DNA of 64,000 nucleotides from Bacillota bacterium (GCA_050949175.1 JBMNFG010000011.1:329549-393548); one strand, 5' to 3'. Positions 1 through 10,529 are shown, numbered from the stretch's first letter. Translations and numbers: made by a program. The notes: a model not told the origin generated them from the sequence alone.

Positions 1-106
1 TAGAGTGCCTGGAGCTAACCTTCAAACCGGGTTTTAGGCCGGTCAAGATCACGCCGATTACAAGTATGAAAAGTGCAACGGAGAGTTTCAGTGTCTTTTG
101 GGTCAA
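1..106 (-). CDS. 5' part of an exported or membrane protein, running off the window edge
   Basis: AAGGTG RBS then TTG at 106; reads MTQKTLKLSVALFILVIGVILTGLKPG..., a signal-peptide or TM-like N-terminus, open to the edge. Confidence 0.55.
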   Translation of the reverse strand, partial: MTQKTLKLSVALFILVIGVILTGLKPGLKVSSRHS

Positions 107-343
107 CTGCTATTCACCTTAAAGAGGAATTGAGCGACTTTTTGACATGCTAAAGCCTTCGATGAGGAATTCGACAAGAGTACTGAGGTAACCTTGTTTT
201 GCACAGTGTCAATACCTGGTTGTGCTGGGATTTGAGGAAGAATTCCATTGGGTTTATTCTAAATAGACTGCAAACACCTGTACAACAATACAGACATGGC
301 AGAACGCCATGCCCGCAGCCTCCGCCATTAACCTTATCTTACG

Positions 344-1153
344 CTACTTGCCTGCTTTAATAAGAGGCAACATATGCTCGGCAGTTTTTCTAAACGCTTT
401 TTCATAATCAGGCTCATGCAGGATTTCAGCAGATAAATAGCCTTTGTATCCTATGTCTCGTAGCGCACCGACGATTGCCGGAAAGTCGAGACATCCGAAC
501 CCAGGCGCCCATCGGATGTTGTCAGCTATATGCACATGAAAGATGCGGTCGTGGGCTTTGCGAATGGATTCAGTAAGGTTGGGCTCTTCGATATTCATAT
601 GGAAAGTGTCTATGAGAAGGCCTACATTATCGTGGAATTCCTTTGCAACAGCGTATGCATCTCCTATAGAGTTTAACAAATCAATCTCATACCGGTTAAT
701 TGGCTCCAGCAGTATTCTGACGTCCTTCGGTTTGGCATAAGCCGAGATCTCAGCAAGTCCTGACTTAATATGCTTCATTGCTTCATCATACGGAAGGCCG
801 TCTGACATCTTGCCCCGGATCAGCCCGACTATCACGTCAGCTTCGAGGACTGCTGCGAGGTCCACATGGGCCTTCAGCCTCTTCATTGCCCCTTCTCTCC
901 TCCGGATATCCGGATGGGCCATGCTAAGCCCTTCTTTGTAAGCGGCCCCTGTTCCTAAGGCAGGCACTCTCAAATCATATGTTTCTAACAGCTTAGTGAG
1001 ATTAGGCACATCAAGGTCAAGGGGATCGGCAATAGCAAGTTCAACACCGTCAAAACCTGCATCTTTGGCAAGCCGGACAGCATCTTCCAGAGAAATGTCA
1101 GCAGCAAGAGGTGTGGCCTTCGGGGTTGCATTCACGACAATTGCAAGTTTCAT
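344..1153 (-). CDS. Sugar phosphate isomerase/epimerase TIM barrel, IolO (5-keto-L-gluconate epimerase)-like
   Basis: EPINRYE, DTFHMNIEE and HVHIAD motifs of the D-tagatose/psicose 3-epimerase family; resembles Thermotoga TM0416 from memory; start moved to the ATG at 1153 behind AGGAGG. Confidence 0.8.
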   Translation of the reverse strand: MKLAIVVNATPKATPLAADISLEDAVRLAKDAGFDGVELAIADPLDLDVPNLTKLLETYDLRVPALGTGAAYKEGLSMAHPDIRRREGAMKRLKAHVDLAAVLEADVIVGLIRGKMSDGLPYDEAMKHIKSGLAEISAYAKPKDVRILLEPINRYEIDLLNSIGDAYAVAKEFHDNVGLLIDTFHMNIEEPNLTESIRKAHDRIFHVHIADNIRWAPGFGCLDFPAIVGALRDIGYKGYLSAEILHEPDYEKAFRKTAEHMLPLIKAGK

Positions 1154-1274
1154 CTTGCAGCCCTCCTGACAACATCTTATTTCCACAGTAGACGCAAATT
1201 AATATTTCCCCACCGGCCTGTAAATCCCTTCCTTATCAATCACGAAAGATCCATATGTCTGACAAGTGTTCACA

Positions 1275-2162
1275 TCAATTGCCTCTATATCGCATATCAA
1301 TCAGTTCTTCAACCTCTTTCATATCTCGCTTAAAAGGCCCTTCAGCTTCCATCTTCAAGCTGGTTACAGCCGCTGCCCAAATCGTCGCTTCTTCAGGTGG
1401 CCTATTGAGGCGGGCTGCCACATATGATGAAATGCAAGTATCCCCCCGCCCGCTTCGCCCCACCAGTTCCCTGGGATAGAAACCTGCCTCAAAGAAATCG
1501 CCGTCAGCATACACCAACAGCCCGTTTCTGTGCGTCAGAACTATCTCCTCAGGACCCATATCAGACAGAATCCGAGCAGCGGTAAAGATATCTTTATGTC
1601 CGGTAAGGAGTTCCGCCTCAACAGCGTCTGTCTTCAAGACATCTACCTTCTGAAGTATTCGTTCTTTTTCAGGCCAGTCAGCCGGCACCAGCTTGCCGTC
1701 ATGGAGTATCCTGATATACCCCTGGACGTCAAGGGCAACTCGTCCGTTATTGGCCAGGAGGATGTCAATCACCTCTTCAGGGACTTCCCCGCGCATTGAA
1801 GCCCCAACCAGCACTGCCTTGGCAGAGATGTCTTTGACTTCTTCCGGTGTAAAAGGACCTGCTGTGCTTGTAACGTAAATCACTCGTTCATCTACGTTAG
1901 CAGTGGGGTACACCAAACGCAAACAAGTAGATTGCGGAGTGTAAGTTGCGTATAGATCTACACCCAGCTCTTCCAGCTCATCTACAACCGCACGATCTTC
2001 CTTTGCCAATCGAGTGACTGCTGCGACTTTAAGTCCCATTCGAGCTGCAACGTGAGCTCCATAATTGAACGCGCCCCCGTTCACAAGCCTTGTTCCGGAG
2101 GAAGAGACAATAGTATCTTTTGTATAATGTCCTATCAAAGCAACATCATACTGCGTCTTCAT
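1275..2162 (-). CDS. PfkB-family carbohydrate kinase, similar to Thermotoga TM0415 inositol kinase
   Basis: IGHYTKD N-terminus, DVQGYIR, and the GRSGRGDT variant of the PfkB anion-hole motif. Confidence 0.8.
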   Translation of the reverse strand: MKTQYDVALIGHYTKDTIVSSSGTRLVNGGAFNYGAHVAARMGLKVAAVTRLAKEDRAVVDELEELGVDLYATYTPQSTCLRLVYPTANVDERVIYVTSTAGPFTPEEVKDISAKAVLVGASMRGEVPEEVIDILLANNGRVALDVQGYIRILHDGKLVPADWPEKERILQKVDVLKTDAVEAELLTGHKDIFTAARILSDMGPEEIVLTHRNGLLVYADGDFFEAGFYPRELVGRSGRGDTCISSYVAARLNRPPEEATIWAAAVTSLKMEAEGPFKRDMKEVEELIDMRYRGN

Positions 2163-2422
2163 TCTTCGCCTTCACCCTCTCTAACCGGCAAGTTATATAC
2201 TTTACATATCCTTACACATCGGTTTTTCCTCATAATGTCTTAGCCTGAGTAAGCAGATTCCCTCCCCTGCCGTATTGTTTTCTTCTAAGACTACCTCCGT
2301 TTTGTTGAGATTTTTCGTATATAAACCCGCGTACTCACCGACCCTTTGCAGGAATCATAGAGAAAACTACACAATAATCAGTAAAGGAGGAATCGGGTAA
2401 GTCAGGTAGAATCTATAATTGA

Positions 2423-3223
2423 ATGGAAGTCATCAGACATCATTATGTCAATGACAAGAGGAAAGGCGATAAGTGGATGAATATGGATGAGGGCATGTCA
2501 TTAACCTACAAACCCTTGTATGTTCAAGTAAAAGACAGACTACTTGAGATGATAGAAAGAAAAGAACTGAGATTCGGCGAAAAACTCCCTTCTGAGCCGG
2601 ACCTTGCAAAAATGTTTGGGGTCAGTAGATCCACGGTAAGAGAAGCAATAAGAGTCTTAAGCCAGGAGGGTGCAGTAATAGTTAGGCACGGACTTGGTAC
2701 GTTTGTTGCAGGAAGTCAGTTTTATGTAAGAAGCGACCTCAGCACGCTAAGAAGCATCACATGGGCAATAAAGCAGCGCGGATGGACTCCGGGAACAATA
2801 AACGCTGAAATGTACGAGGATGTGGCTGACAGCGAGCTTGCGGAAAAACTGCAGATTGCGCAATCTGCACCTATAATCTGCGTAACCCGAGTCAGAACAG
2901 CAGATTCACACAAGGTGTTCTATTCCGTCCACAAGATGGCTAAAGAGCCTTTAGGCAACAAGATCCTCAAATGGAACATGGACGGTTCTTTCCTGGAATT
3001 CCTAAAATATCAGTGCGATATTGACATCCTATACGCAGTATCTACTGTCCTACCGGTGAAAAAACCTGAAGAAATCACAGAGAAGCTGGGAATTGATCCT
3101 ACCACACCTATACTTCTTCTCGACCAGATTCACTACGATGTAAGCAATAAGCCGATCTTCAGATCATACGATTATTACCGCACTGACATCTTCGAGTTCA
3201 ACGTAGTAAGACGTATTAGATAG
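2423..3223 (+). CDS. GntR-family (HutC/UTRA) transcriptional regulator; true start probably 2477-2495
   Basis: KLPSEPDLAKMFGVSRSTVREA winged HTH plus a UTRA-like C-terminal domain. Confidence 0.9.
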   Translation: MEVIRHHYVNDKRKGDKWMNMDEGMSLTYKPLYVQVKDRLLEMIERKELRFGEKLPSEPDLAKMFGVSRSTVREAIRVLSQEGAVIVRHGLGTFVAGSQFYVRSDLSTLRSITWAIKQRGWTPGTINAEMYEDVADSELAEKLQIAQSAPIICVTRVRTADSHKVFYSVHKMAKEPLGNKILKWNMDGSFLEFLKYQCDIDILYAVSTVLPVKKPEEITEKLGIDPTTPILLLDQIHYDVSNKPIFRSYDYYRTDIFEFNVVRRIR

Positions 3224-3443
3224 TATAGTCGCGGACTTGACAAAACCATTAAGAAAGGGGGAAAGGCCTCTAAACACGCGACACAAATATGCATACTACC
3301 TATCATGACGCAGTAAACACTTCTGCCCCATACTCACTCAAGGCTTGACGAACTTAGGCATCATCAGACCGGGTGTGTTGCTTGTTCGGAAAGAAAAAGA
3401 AAGAGTATTCTCGAGATAACCTACAAGGGGGTTTTGAGCAGTC

Positions 3444-4454
3444 ATGAATAGGCAGCTTGTACGTGCGTTTCTAATCTGTGTCTGTGTGATTCTCACATGT
3501 TCCGTACTAGGCGCGTCCGCGTCTCCCTCAAAGACACTGCACATATTAACAGCACTCGATCCTAATGAGGCTAAGATCTACATTGAAGCATTTGAGAACG
3601 CCACAGGCATTAAAGTCGTTTGGGTTAGGATGTCAGCAGGCGAGTGTCTCGCAAGGCTTAAGGCTGAGGCCAGGAACCCGCAGTTCAGTGTATGGTTAGG
3701 CGGACCGAGTCCCGAATACATAGCAGCAACAAAAGAAGGGCTCCTTGAACCGTATCAGCCAAAGGGATCAGAGTTTATCCTCCCTGAGCATAGAGACAAA
3801 GACTGGCATTGGGTAGGTTTCTACTTCGGAGCTATAGGGTTTGCAAGTAATACTGAATGGTTTGAAAAGAACAACTTGGAGTATCCTACATCCTGGCAAG
3901 ATCTCCTGAAGCCTGAATTCAAAGGACAGATTTCTTTTGCATATCCGTACACCTCCGGCACTGCCTACACTATCCTCGCAACTATTGTCCAGCTAATGGG
4001 TGAAGAAGAAGGCTTCAAATACATGGTTGAGCTTGACAAGAACGTACACCACTACAACACGTCAGGTTCTGCATGCGTCACTCAGGCAGGCCTTGGAGAA
4101 GTCGCCATTGGGATTGCGTTCTCCCACGATGTAATGGCGAAGGGTATTTCCAAAGGATACCCTGTGGTATTGACCATGCCGTCTGAAGGGACAGGTTACG
4201 AGATAGGCGCTATGGCACTGGTTAAAGGCGGGCCTGAACCCGAAGAAGGTAAAGCCTTTATTGACTGGTGCATGACTACAGAGTGCCAGGATCTGTTCCA
4301 GGAATGGTTCCGTATACCTCTCAATCCCGATGCAAAGGTTGCTGAAGGAGCGGTAACCAGGGACGAAGTGAACCTCATTGACTATGACGATGTATGGGCC
4401 GGAGAAAACCAAGAACGTCTTTTGGAGAAGTGGAGAGACTTGACGAACAAGTAA
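3444..4454 (+). CDS. ABC substrate-binding protein, AfuA/FbpA-like (sugar-phosphate or Fe3+ family)
   Basis: Signal peptide; PTSWQDLLKPEFKG, PYTSGTAYT and PSEGTGYEIG motifs. Confidence 0.85.
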   Translation: MNRQLVRAFLICVCVILTCSVLGASASPSKTLHILTALDPNEAKIYIEAFENATGIKVVWVRMSAGECLARLKAEARNPQFSVWLGGPSPEYIAATKEGLLEPYQPKGSEFILPEHRDKDWHWVGFYFGAIGFASNTEWFEKNNLEYPTSWQDLLKPEFKGQISFAYPYTSGTAYTILATIVQLMGEEEGFKYMVELDKNVHHYNTSGSACVTQAGLGEVAIGIAFSHDVMAKGISKGYPVVLTMPSEGTGYEIGAMALVKGGPEPEEGKAFIDWCMTTECQDLFQEWFRIPLNPDAKVAEGAVTRDEVNLIDYDDVWAGENQERLLEKWRDLTNK

Positions 4455-4477
4455 AGCGCGCGGGATGGTGAGGGTGA

Positions 4478-6226
4478 TTGACCGGCTTTGAGGCAGGACT
4501 TAAACGTCCTTTATACAACAGACAAAGGTCGACGGTTTTGCAGGAACCCTTGGTATTGCTTGTCATCTTATTGATTGCAGCATCCCTTTTCCTCTTCGTC
4601 ATCTACCCTTTGTACTCAGTCCTTAAGACCAGCCTCATCCAAAGGGATGGAAGCATTGGCCTGGGAGTTTACAGTGGATTACTGGCAAAAAGCTATAACC
4701 GTCGCCCTCTCATAAACAGCATTCGCTTGGGAGCCATTGTTGCTGTCCTCGGCACGATCATAGGGTTCATATTCGCCTACTGCACTACCAGAGTAAACCT
4801 GCCTTTTACCGGCTTTTTCAGAGCGGTAGCGATGTTTCCTATGATATCGCCGCCTTTTATCATGTCCCTTGCAACGATAATGCTGTTCGGCAATAACGGC
4901 TTTATTACCAAAAAGATTTTGCGCGGAATGGTTAACCTTAAAATATACGGGCTGGGCGGCCTTGTGCTTGTGGAAACCTTGGCTTACTTCCCCACTGCAT
5001 ACCTGGTTCTATCCGGCGTGCTGCAGGCGATTGATCCTTCAATAGAGGATGCTGCCTGTGATCTCGGCGCGTCCTGGTGGCAGGTATTCCGAACTGTTAC
5101 ACTGCCCCTCGCCATCCCGGGGATCGCATCTTCATTACTTTTGATCTTCATTGAATCTCTGGCAGACTTCGGGAACCCGATAATCCTGTCAGGAGATTAC
5201 CAGGTCCTGGCGGTGCAAGCCTACTTACGTATAACAGGCCTTTATGACTTGCCGGGAGGAGCGGCACTGGCAGTCATCTTGCTGGTGCCCTCACTCGTTG
5301 CATTCTTCGTTCAGAAGTACTGGGTAAGCAGGAAATCATACGTGACTGTTACAGGTAAGCCTTCAGGACAGCAAATCAGTAGGAGCGAACCATGGGTGAA
5401 GACTGCAGCGCTCATTGTTTGCTTGGTTCTCACCGGTATTATACTCCTTTTCTATGGGACTGTCCTGGTAGGTTCGTTCATGACCCTCTGGGGTGTCAGT
5501 TACGATTTCACATTGGCCAATTACCGCCATGTCTTCGTTGTCGGCGGCGAACATATTAAAGACACCCTGTTCCTCTCGACTGTGTCTACACCCATAACAG
5601 GAATTCTGGCCATGATAATTGCATTCATAGTCGTAAGGAAGGAGTTCTTCGGAAGACAGGCTTTGGAGCTCACTTCCATGCTTACTTTCGCAGTCCCCGG
5701 GACTGTTGTGGGAATAGGATATATCCTTGCTTTCAACCAACCGCCGATAATGCTTACAGGGACTGCAGCGATCATAATAATCTTATTTGTCTTTAGGAAT
5801 ATGCCTACAGGAATCCAATCGGGCATAGCTGCACTTCAGCAGATAGATCCATCTATTGAGGAAGCTTCGTGTGACCTTGGGGCAGACAGCAGCACTACTT
5901 TCAGGAACATCACATTGCCGCTGATTTCACCTGCCTTCTTCTCCGGACTGGTATTCAGCTTTGTCAGATGCGTCACAGCCATCAGCGCGATTATCTTTGT
6001 AGTGTCAGGCAAGTGGAAACTGATAACTGTTGCAGTGTTAGGCTCTGTTGAGAATTCCGATCTGGCTCAGGCGGCTGCTTTCTGCGTCGTTATCATAGCC
6101 ATGGTCCTCAGTGCAATAGGGATTATCAACCTTCTCGTGTATCAACCCTGGAAACGCGGAGGACAGAAACGCCTCAAAGAACCGACAATTTCGGGAGGAG
6201 CAGAATCATGGATCGGTACAGCGTAG
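4478..6226 (+). CDS. ABC permease with two fused TM domains (AfuB/FbpB-like)
   Basis: Two EAA loops (IEDAACDLGAS, IEEASCDLGAD), highly hydrophobic. Confidence 0.9.
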   Translation: MTGFEAGLKRPLYNRQRSTVLQEPLVLLVILLIAASLFLFVIYPLYSVLKTSLIQRDGSIGLGVYSGLLAKSYNRRPLINSIRLGAIVAVLGTIIGFIFAYCTTRVNLPFTGFFRAVAMFPMISPPFIMSLATIMLFGNNGFITKKILRGMVNLKIYGLGGLVLVETLAYFPTAYLVLSGVLQAIDPSIEDAACDLGASWWQVFRTVTLPLAIPGIASSLLLIFIESLADFGNPIILSGDYQVLAVQAYLRITGLYDLPGGAALAVILLVPSLVAFFVQKYWVSRKSYVTVTGKPSGQQISRSEPWVKTAALIVCLVLTGIILLFYGTVLVGSFMTLWGVSYDFTLANYRHVFVVGGEHIKDTLFLSTVSTPITGILAMIIAFIVVRKEFFGRQALELTSMLTFAVPGTVVGIGYILAFNQPPIMLTGTAAIIIILFVFRNMPTGIQSGIAALQQIDPSIEEASCDLGADSSTTFRNITLPLISPAFFSGLVFSFVRCVTAISAIIFVVSGKWKLITVAVLGSVENSDLAQAAAFCVVIIAMVLSAIGIINLLVYQPWKRGGQKRLKEPTISGGAESWIGTA

Positions 6227-7317
6227 AGCTAATAGACGTTGTGAAGGTCTTCCGCGACAGAAGCGGCGCAAAAGACCACATTGTTGCAGTGGACGGAGTC
6301 TCGCTTAAGCTCATCCAAGGCGAACTCCTGACACTCTTGGGCCCCTCCGGGTGCGGAAAGACAACAACCCTACGGATGGTAGGCGGGTTTGAGATGCCTA
6401 CTTCAGGCAAGGTCGTATTAGACGGCAAGGTAATAAACGACTTTCCGCCGCACAAACGCGATACTGCCATGGTATTTCAGAGCTATGCTCTATTCCCTCA
6501 CCTTACCGTATTTGAAAACGTGGCATATGGGCTTCGCATGAGGAAGATGGAAAAGGATGCAATTGTTGCCAAGGCCCGTCATGCCCTAAGCCTAGTAGGC
6601 CTGGAAGGCCTGGAAGAGAGGCAGCCCGGTTCACTATCAGGCGGACAACAGCAAAGAGTCGCCTTAGCCAGGGCGCTCGTTGTCGAGCCTAAGGTCCTTC
6701 TCTTGGATGAGCCCCTGTCAAATCTCGATGCCAGGCTCAGAGCACAGATGCGCATTGAGATCAGAAAGATCCAGCAGGCCTTAAACATAACCAGTATGTA
6801 TGTGACCCATGACCAGGAAGAAGCCATGAGCCTTTCAGATCGGATTGCAGTAATGAACCATGGCCGAATCGAGCAAATCGGGACACCGCAAGAAGTGTAT
6901 GCAAAGCCTGTGAATCGGTTTGTCGCTGATTTCATGGGACGGAAAACCACATTCCTTGATGGCAAAGTCATGGGCTTTGACGAAAACCTGATGCATGTAA
7001 GCGTAATGGATGCCGTCCTTCCGTTTGAGCGGGTATCAGGCATAAATACAGGAGACGATGTTGAGCTCGTGGTTCGTTCCGAGACTGTTGATATTGTGCC
7101 TCCTGGATGCGGAACTTTTCCAGGCAGGATTATTCACGCAGCATACTTCGGGTCTCAAGTCCTCTACGAAGTAGATCTGCTGGGAACTACCATTACAGCG
7201 GAGATTCCTGATCCTCAAGAGAGGGAGATGTTTACACAGGGGAGCGAAGTGGGAATCAACCTAAAAACCCGCAGTATCCATGTTTTGCCAAGAGCAAATA
7301 ACGGACAGATTACCTGA
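6208..7317 (+). CDS. ABC ATP-binding protein (AfuC/PotA-like)
   Basis: GPSGCGKT, LSGGQQQR, LLLDEPLSNLD, TOBE-like C-terminus. Confidence 0.92.
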   Translation: MDRYSVELIDVVKVFRDRSGAKDHIVAVDGVSLKLIQGELLTLLGPSGCGKTTTLRMVGGFEMPTSGKVVLDGKVINDFPPHKRDTAMVFQSYALFPHLTVFENVAYGLRMRKMEKDAIVAKARHALSLVGLEGLEERQPGSLSGGQQQRVALARALVVEPKVLLLDEPLSNLDARLRAQMRIEIRKIQQALNITSMYVTHDQEEAMSLSDRIAVMNHGRIEQIGTPQEVYAKPVNRFVADFMGRKTTFLDGKVMGFDENLMHVSVMDAVLPFERVSGINTGDDVELVVRSETVDIVPPGCGTFPGRIIHAAYFGSQVLYEVDLLGTTITAEIPDPQEREMFTQGSEVGINLKTRSIHVLPRANNGQIT

Positions 7318-7654
7318 TGACTATGAAGATCGGACACGTAAAGACCGGACACGTTTTGCCGCGAACAATACCTCAAATGTACAGATAACGTACAGACAAC
7401 GTACCGCTAAGCGTCAAAGATCATCTTACCTTAATCAATGTCTGAACCAACATAACAATGGACCTGCCTGACCTCATGTAATCACTCTACGCTCTCAACA
7501 TTTAAACAAGTGACACAATAAGGCATAAGTTGCGACTCTCTTTGGAAAGGAGGAGATGCGGGCTTAGACTTGCCAAAGGGTAGTTGGTTCATTGGTGGAC
7601 ATTCTTCGGACAAATCAAATGAAAATAACCTACTGATTTAAGGAGGGTTTTCTA

Positions 7655-8620
7655 ATGAAGCGGTTTGTCGGACTGCTGCTCGTATTGTCTCTTGTGTTCG
7701 TTCTGGGAGGAATCCCCATATCTGTGGCTGCTGCCGATGAAATGACCTTTTACGTGATTGCTCACACCGGGCCCGGAGACCCGTTCTGGGCTGTAGTCCA
7801 GAAGGGAGTCCAGGATGCAGGCAAGGTCCTTGGCGTCAGGGCGATCTTCCAGGGGCCTGCAGGATACAACGTGCCGGAGCAAGTGAACATGTTCAAAGCA
7901 GCGATGGAAGCCAAGGCTGACGGTATTGCGACATCTATCAGTGATGCCAGGGCATGGGCAGAGCCTATCGCAGAGGCCAGGAGCCGGGGCATCCCTGTAG
8001 TCGCAATCAACTGCCAGGAGCCTGATGAGCTGCGAGGAACCATACCCTACATGGCATATATCGGCATGAACGAATATGAAGCAGGAAAGATGGTAGCATA
8101 CAGACTCCTACCGAAACTCGAAAAAGGCGCCAGAGTAGTCGTGGCAATCCACCAGGCAGGACACGTAGGCCTTGAGGCAAGGGCCAAGGGAATCACCGAG
8201 GTCATAACGGAAGAACTCGGCGGTACAGTAGATAAGCTTGATATCACACAAGACGCCACTCAGGCAATAGGTATCTTAAGGAGCTATCTGAAGGCAAACC
8301 CTGACACAGCTGCGATCTTTACACTAGGGCCGCTTGGCGCAATCCCCACCATCAAGATGATTAAAGACGACGGGCTGAAGGACAAGATCCTCTTTGCGTC
8401 CTTTGACCTTGATTCCAACACAATTCAGGCGATCAAAGAAGGCATTTGCATAGGCACTGTAGACCAGCAGCAGTATCTGCAGGGATTCATGGCCGTTGTA
8501 GAGCTCTATCTGAATGCCAAGTTCAAGCTTGATCCGGCTGACTACGATACAGGACGCGGATGGGTCACACAGGAGACTGCAGAAATCGTAGAGCTCCTTG
8601 TAGAGCAGGGCTACAGATAA
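7655..8620 (+). CDS. Sugar/polyol ABC substrate-binding protein (RbsB-like type I fold)
   Basis: AAGGAGG RBS, signal peptide ending AAA, DPFWAVVQKG and DQQQYLQG motifs. Confidence 0.9.
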   Translation: MKRFVGLLLVLSLVFVLGGIPISVAAADEMTFYVIAHTGPGDPFWAVVQKGVQDAGKVLGVRAIFQGPAGYNVPEQVNMFKAAMEAKADGIATSISDARAWAEPIAEARSRGIPVVAINCQEPDELRGTIPYMAYIGMNEYEAGKMVAYRLLPKLEKGARVVVAIHQAGHVGLEARAKGITEVITEELGGTVDKLDITQDATQAIGILRSYLKANPDTAAIFTLGPLGAIPTIKMIKDDGLKDKILFASFDLDSNTIQAIKEGICIGTVDQQQYLQGFMAVVELYLNAKFKLDPADYDTGRGWVTQETAEIVELLVEQGYR

Positions 8621-8647
8621 GCCGCACAAATGCCTGAGACACTGCAA

Positions 8648-8673
8648 GTGGGTGGGGGAATTCCCCCACCCAC
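8648..8673 (+). terminator. GC-rich hairpin after the binding-protein gene (mRNA stabiliser or attenuator)
   Basis: gtgggtggggga-at-tcccccacccac inverted repeat. Confidence 0.5.
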
Positions 8674-8703
8674 ACCTCGGACTCGGATAAAGGAGGGAAC
8701 ACA

Positions 8704-9738
8704 ATGGATGGGCAAGGGCCCTCACCGGTGTTAGAATCCTGCGCGACACCGGAACCTAATGCATTGCAGAAGCACCCGTTCTGGAGGTCTCTGTTACATC
8801 ACCGTGAGATCGGCGTAGCATGCGCTTTGGTAGTCGTATTCACAGTCTTCTTTTCAATGCAAAGACATTTCTTGAGTGCAGGCACGCTTGGAGATATCGT
8901 GACAGTCGCTGCAGAGCTCGGAGTTGTCGCTGTCGGTGCCAGCTTCCTTATGATTTCAGGAGAGATGGACTTATCCGTGGGTTCAAACTTCGCCTTCAGC
9001 GGTATGCTCTTAGCTATGCTCATTACACAGTACAACTGGAACCCCATCCTTGCCTTCATCGCAGCACTGGCCTGTTCAGCCGGTATAGGTGCCCTTAATG
9101 GCCTAATCACCTTGTCTATAGGGATTCCGTCGTTTATTACGACTCTGGGTGCAATGATGTTTTGGAGAGGGGTCGCGCTTTACCTGACGCAAGGGTGGCC
9201 CATCAGCATATTTGAAGATATCCCACTGCTTAGGTGGTTAGGAGGAAGCAAAGTCTTTGCCACGGTTCATATCTCCGCTGTATGGTGGCTTATTATCGGC
9301 ATCATCTTCTGGATAATACTCCAGAAGACTCCCTACGGCAACTGGGTTTTCGCAACAGGAGGCAAGCGCGGAGCGGCGCGGGCCCTGGGAGTGCCTGACT
9401 TCAAGGTGAAATTGATTAACTTCACTCTCATCGGCCTTTTAGCAGGACTTGGAGGCTGCTTCCAACTGGGGCGAATGGGGTCCATGTCTCCTGTATGGGG
9501 CCAAGATCTTGCCCTTGAAGCGATTGCAGCCTCTGTCGTCGGTGGAAACGCATTGACAGGAGGAGTAGGAACCATACTCGGAACCCTGCTGGGAGCGATC
9601 ACCATGGCATCTATCAGGATAGGATTGGTTATGATCGGTGCTCCTGCATACTGGTACATGTCTTTTGTAGGATTTATCGTTGTCGCAGCGGTTGCCCTCA
9701 ACGTTAAGCTTGGGGAGGTGATCTCATGGAAAAAATGA
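8704..9738 (+). CDS. Sugar ABC permease (RbsC-like)
   Basis: ISGEMDLSVGS, IPSFITTLG, ALEAIAASVVGG motifs. Confidence 0.92.
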   Translation: MDGQGPSPVLESCATPEPNALQKHPFWRSLLHHREIGVACALVVVFTVFFSMQRHFLSAGTLGDIVTVAAELGVVAVGASFLMISGEMDLSVGSNFAFSGMLLAMLITQYNWNPILAFIAALACSAGIGALNGLITLSIGIPSFITTLGAMMFWRGVALYLTQGWPISIFEDIPLLRWLGGSKVFATVHISAVWWLIIGIIFWIILQKTPYGNWVFATGGKRGAARALGVPDFKVKLINFTLIGLLAGLGGCFQLGRMGSMSPVWGQDLALEAIAASVVGGNALTGGVGTILGTLLGAITMASIRIGLVMIGAPAYWYMSFVGFIVVAAVALNVKLGEVISWKK

Positions 9739-10529
9739 CGAGTCCCGCTCCAAGCCATGTGCCGGTCATTGAAGGGATCAAGCTCTGCAAATGGTTCGGC
9801 CGTGTGGCTGCCTTAAAAGATGTTGACATCACAATTGAGCGCGGTAAAGTCGTCGGGCTGGTAGGTGATAACGGGGCAGGAAAATCCACGCTCATCAAGA
9901 TCCTGTCCGGAGTCCACAGGCCGGACTCAGGTGAGCTGTGGTTTGAAGGGAAAAAGGTTGAACTGGATTCACCCAGAGATGCCAGGAAGCTGGGAATAGA
10001 AACTGTATACCAGGACTTAGCCCTTGTAGAGACTATGAGCATCGCAAGGAATTTCTTTCTCGGCGCGGAACCCAAAATAAGGTTCGGCTTCTTCAACCTG
10101 CTCGACGGACGCAAGATGCGCCAGGCAACAGAAAAAATGCTCAGAGATATCGGGATTACTGTGAGATCCGCTCACCAGGAAGTTTCTACTCTTTCAGGCG
10201 GAGAACGCCAGGCAATAGCAATCGGCAGGACAATGCACTTCGGCGGGAAGGTCCTGATTCTTGACGAGCCTACTTCCGCCTTGTCCGTGCATGAGACCAA
10301 CAAAGTCCTAAGTTATATTGACGAAGCCAGAAACAGAGGCCTCTCTGTTATTTTCATAACTCACAATCTGTACCACGTATATCCGGTAGCGGATAAAATC
10401 ATCGTGCTGGAGCACGGAAGGAAAGTTGGAGACTTCCGCAAGGAAGAAACAAGCGTTGAGGAACTTATAGACATAATCGTCCATGGGATTAGGGGAGACA
10501 GAAGAGCTGTCAACAATGCAAGCGGATAG
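9726..10529 (+). CDS. Sugar ABC ATP-binding protein with a single NBD
   Basis: GDNGAGKST, LSGGERQ, ILDEPT. Confidence 0.92.
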   Translation: MEKMTSPAPSHVPVIEGIKLCKWFGRVAALKDVDITIERGKVVGLVGDNGAGKSTLIKILSGVHRPDSGELWFEGKKVELDSPRDARKLGIETVYQDLALVETMSIARNFFLGAEPKIRFGFFNLLDGRKMRQATEKMLRDIGITVRSAHQEVSTLSGGERQAIAIGRTMHFGGKVLILDEPTSALSVHETNKVLSYIDEARNRGLSVIFITHNLYHVYPVADKIIVLEHGRKVGDFRKEETSVEELIDIIVHGIRGDRRAVNNASG

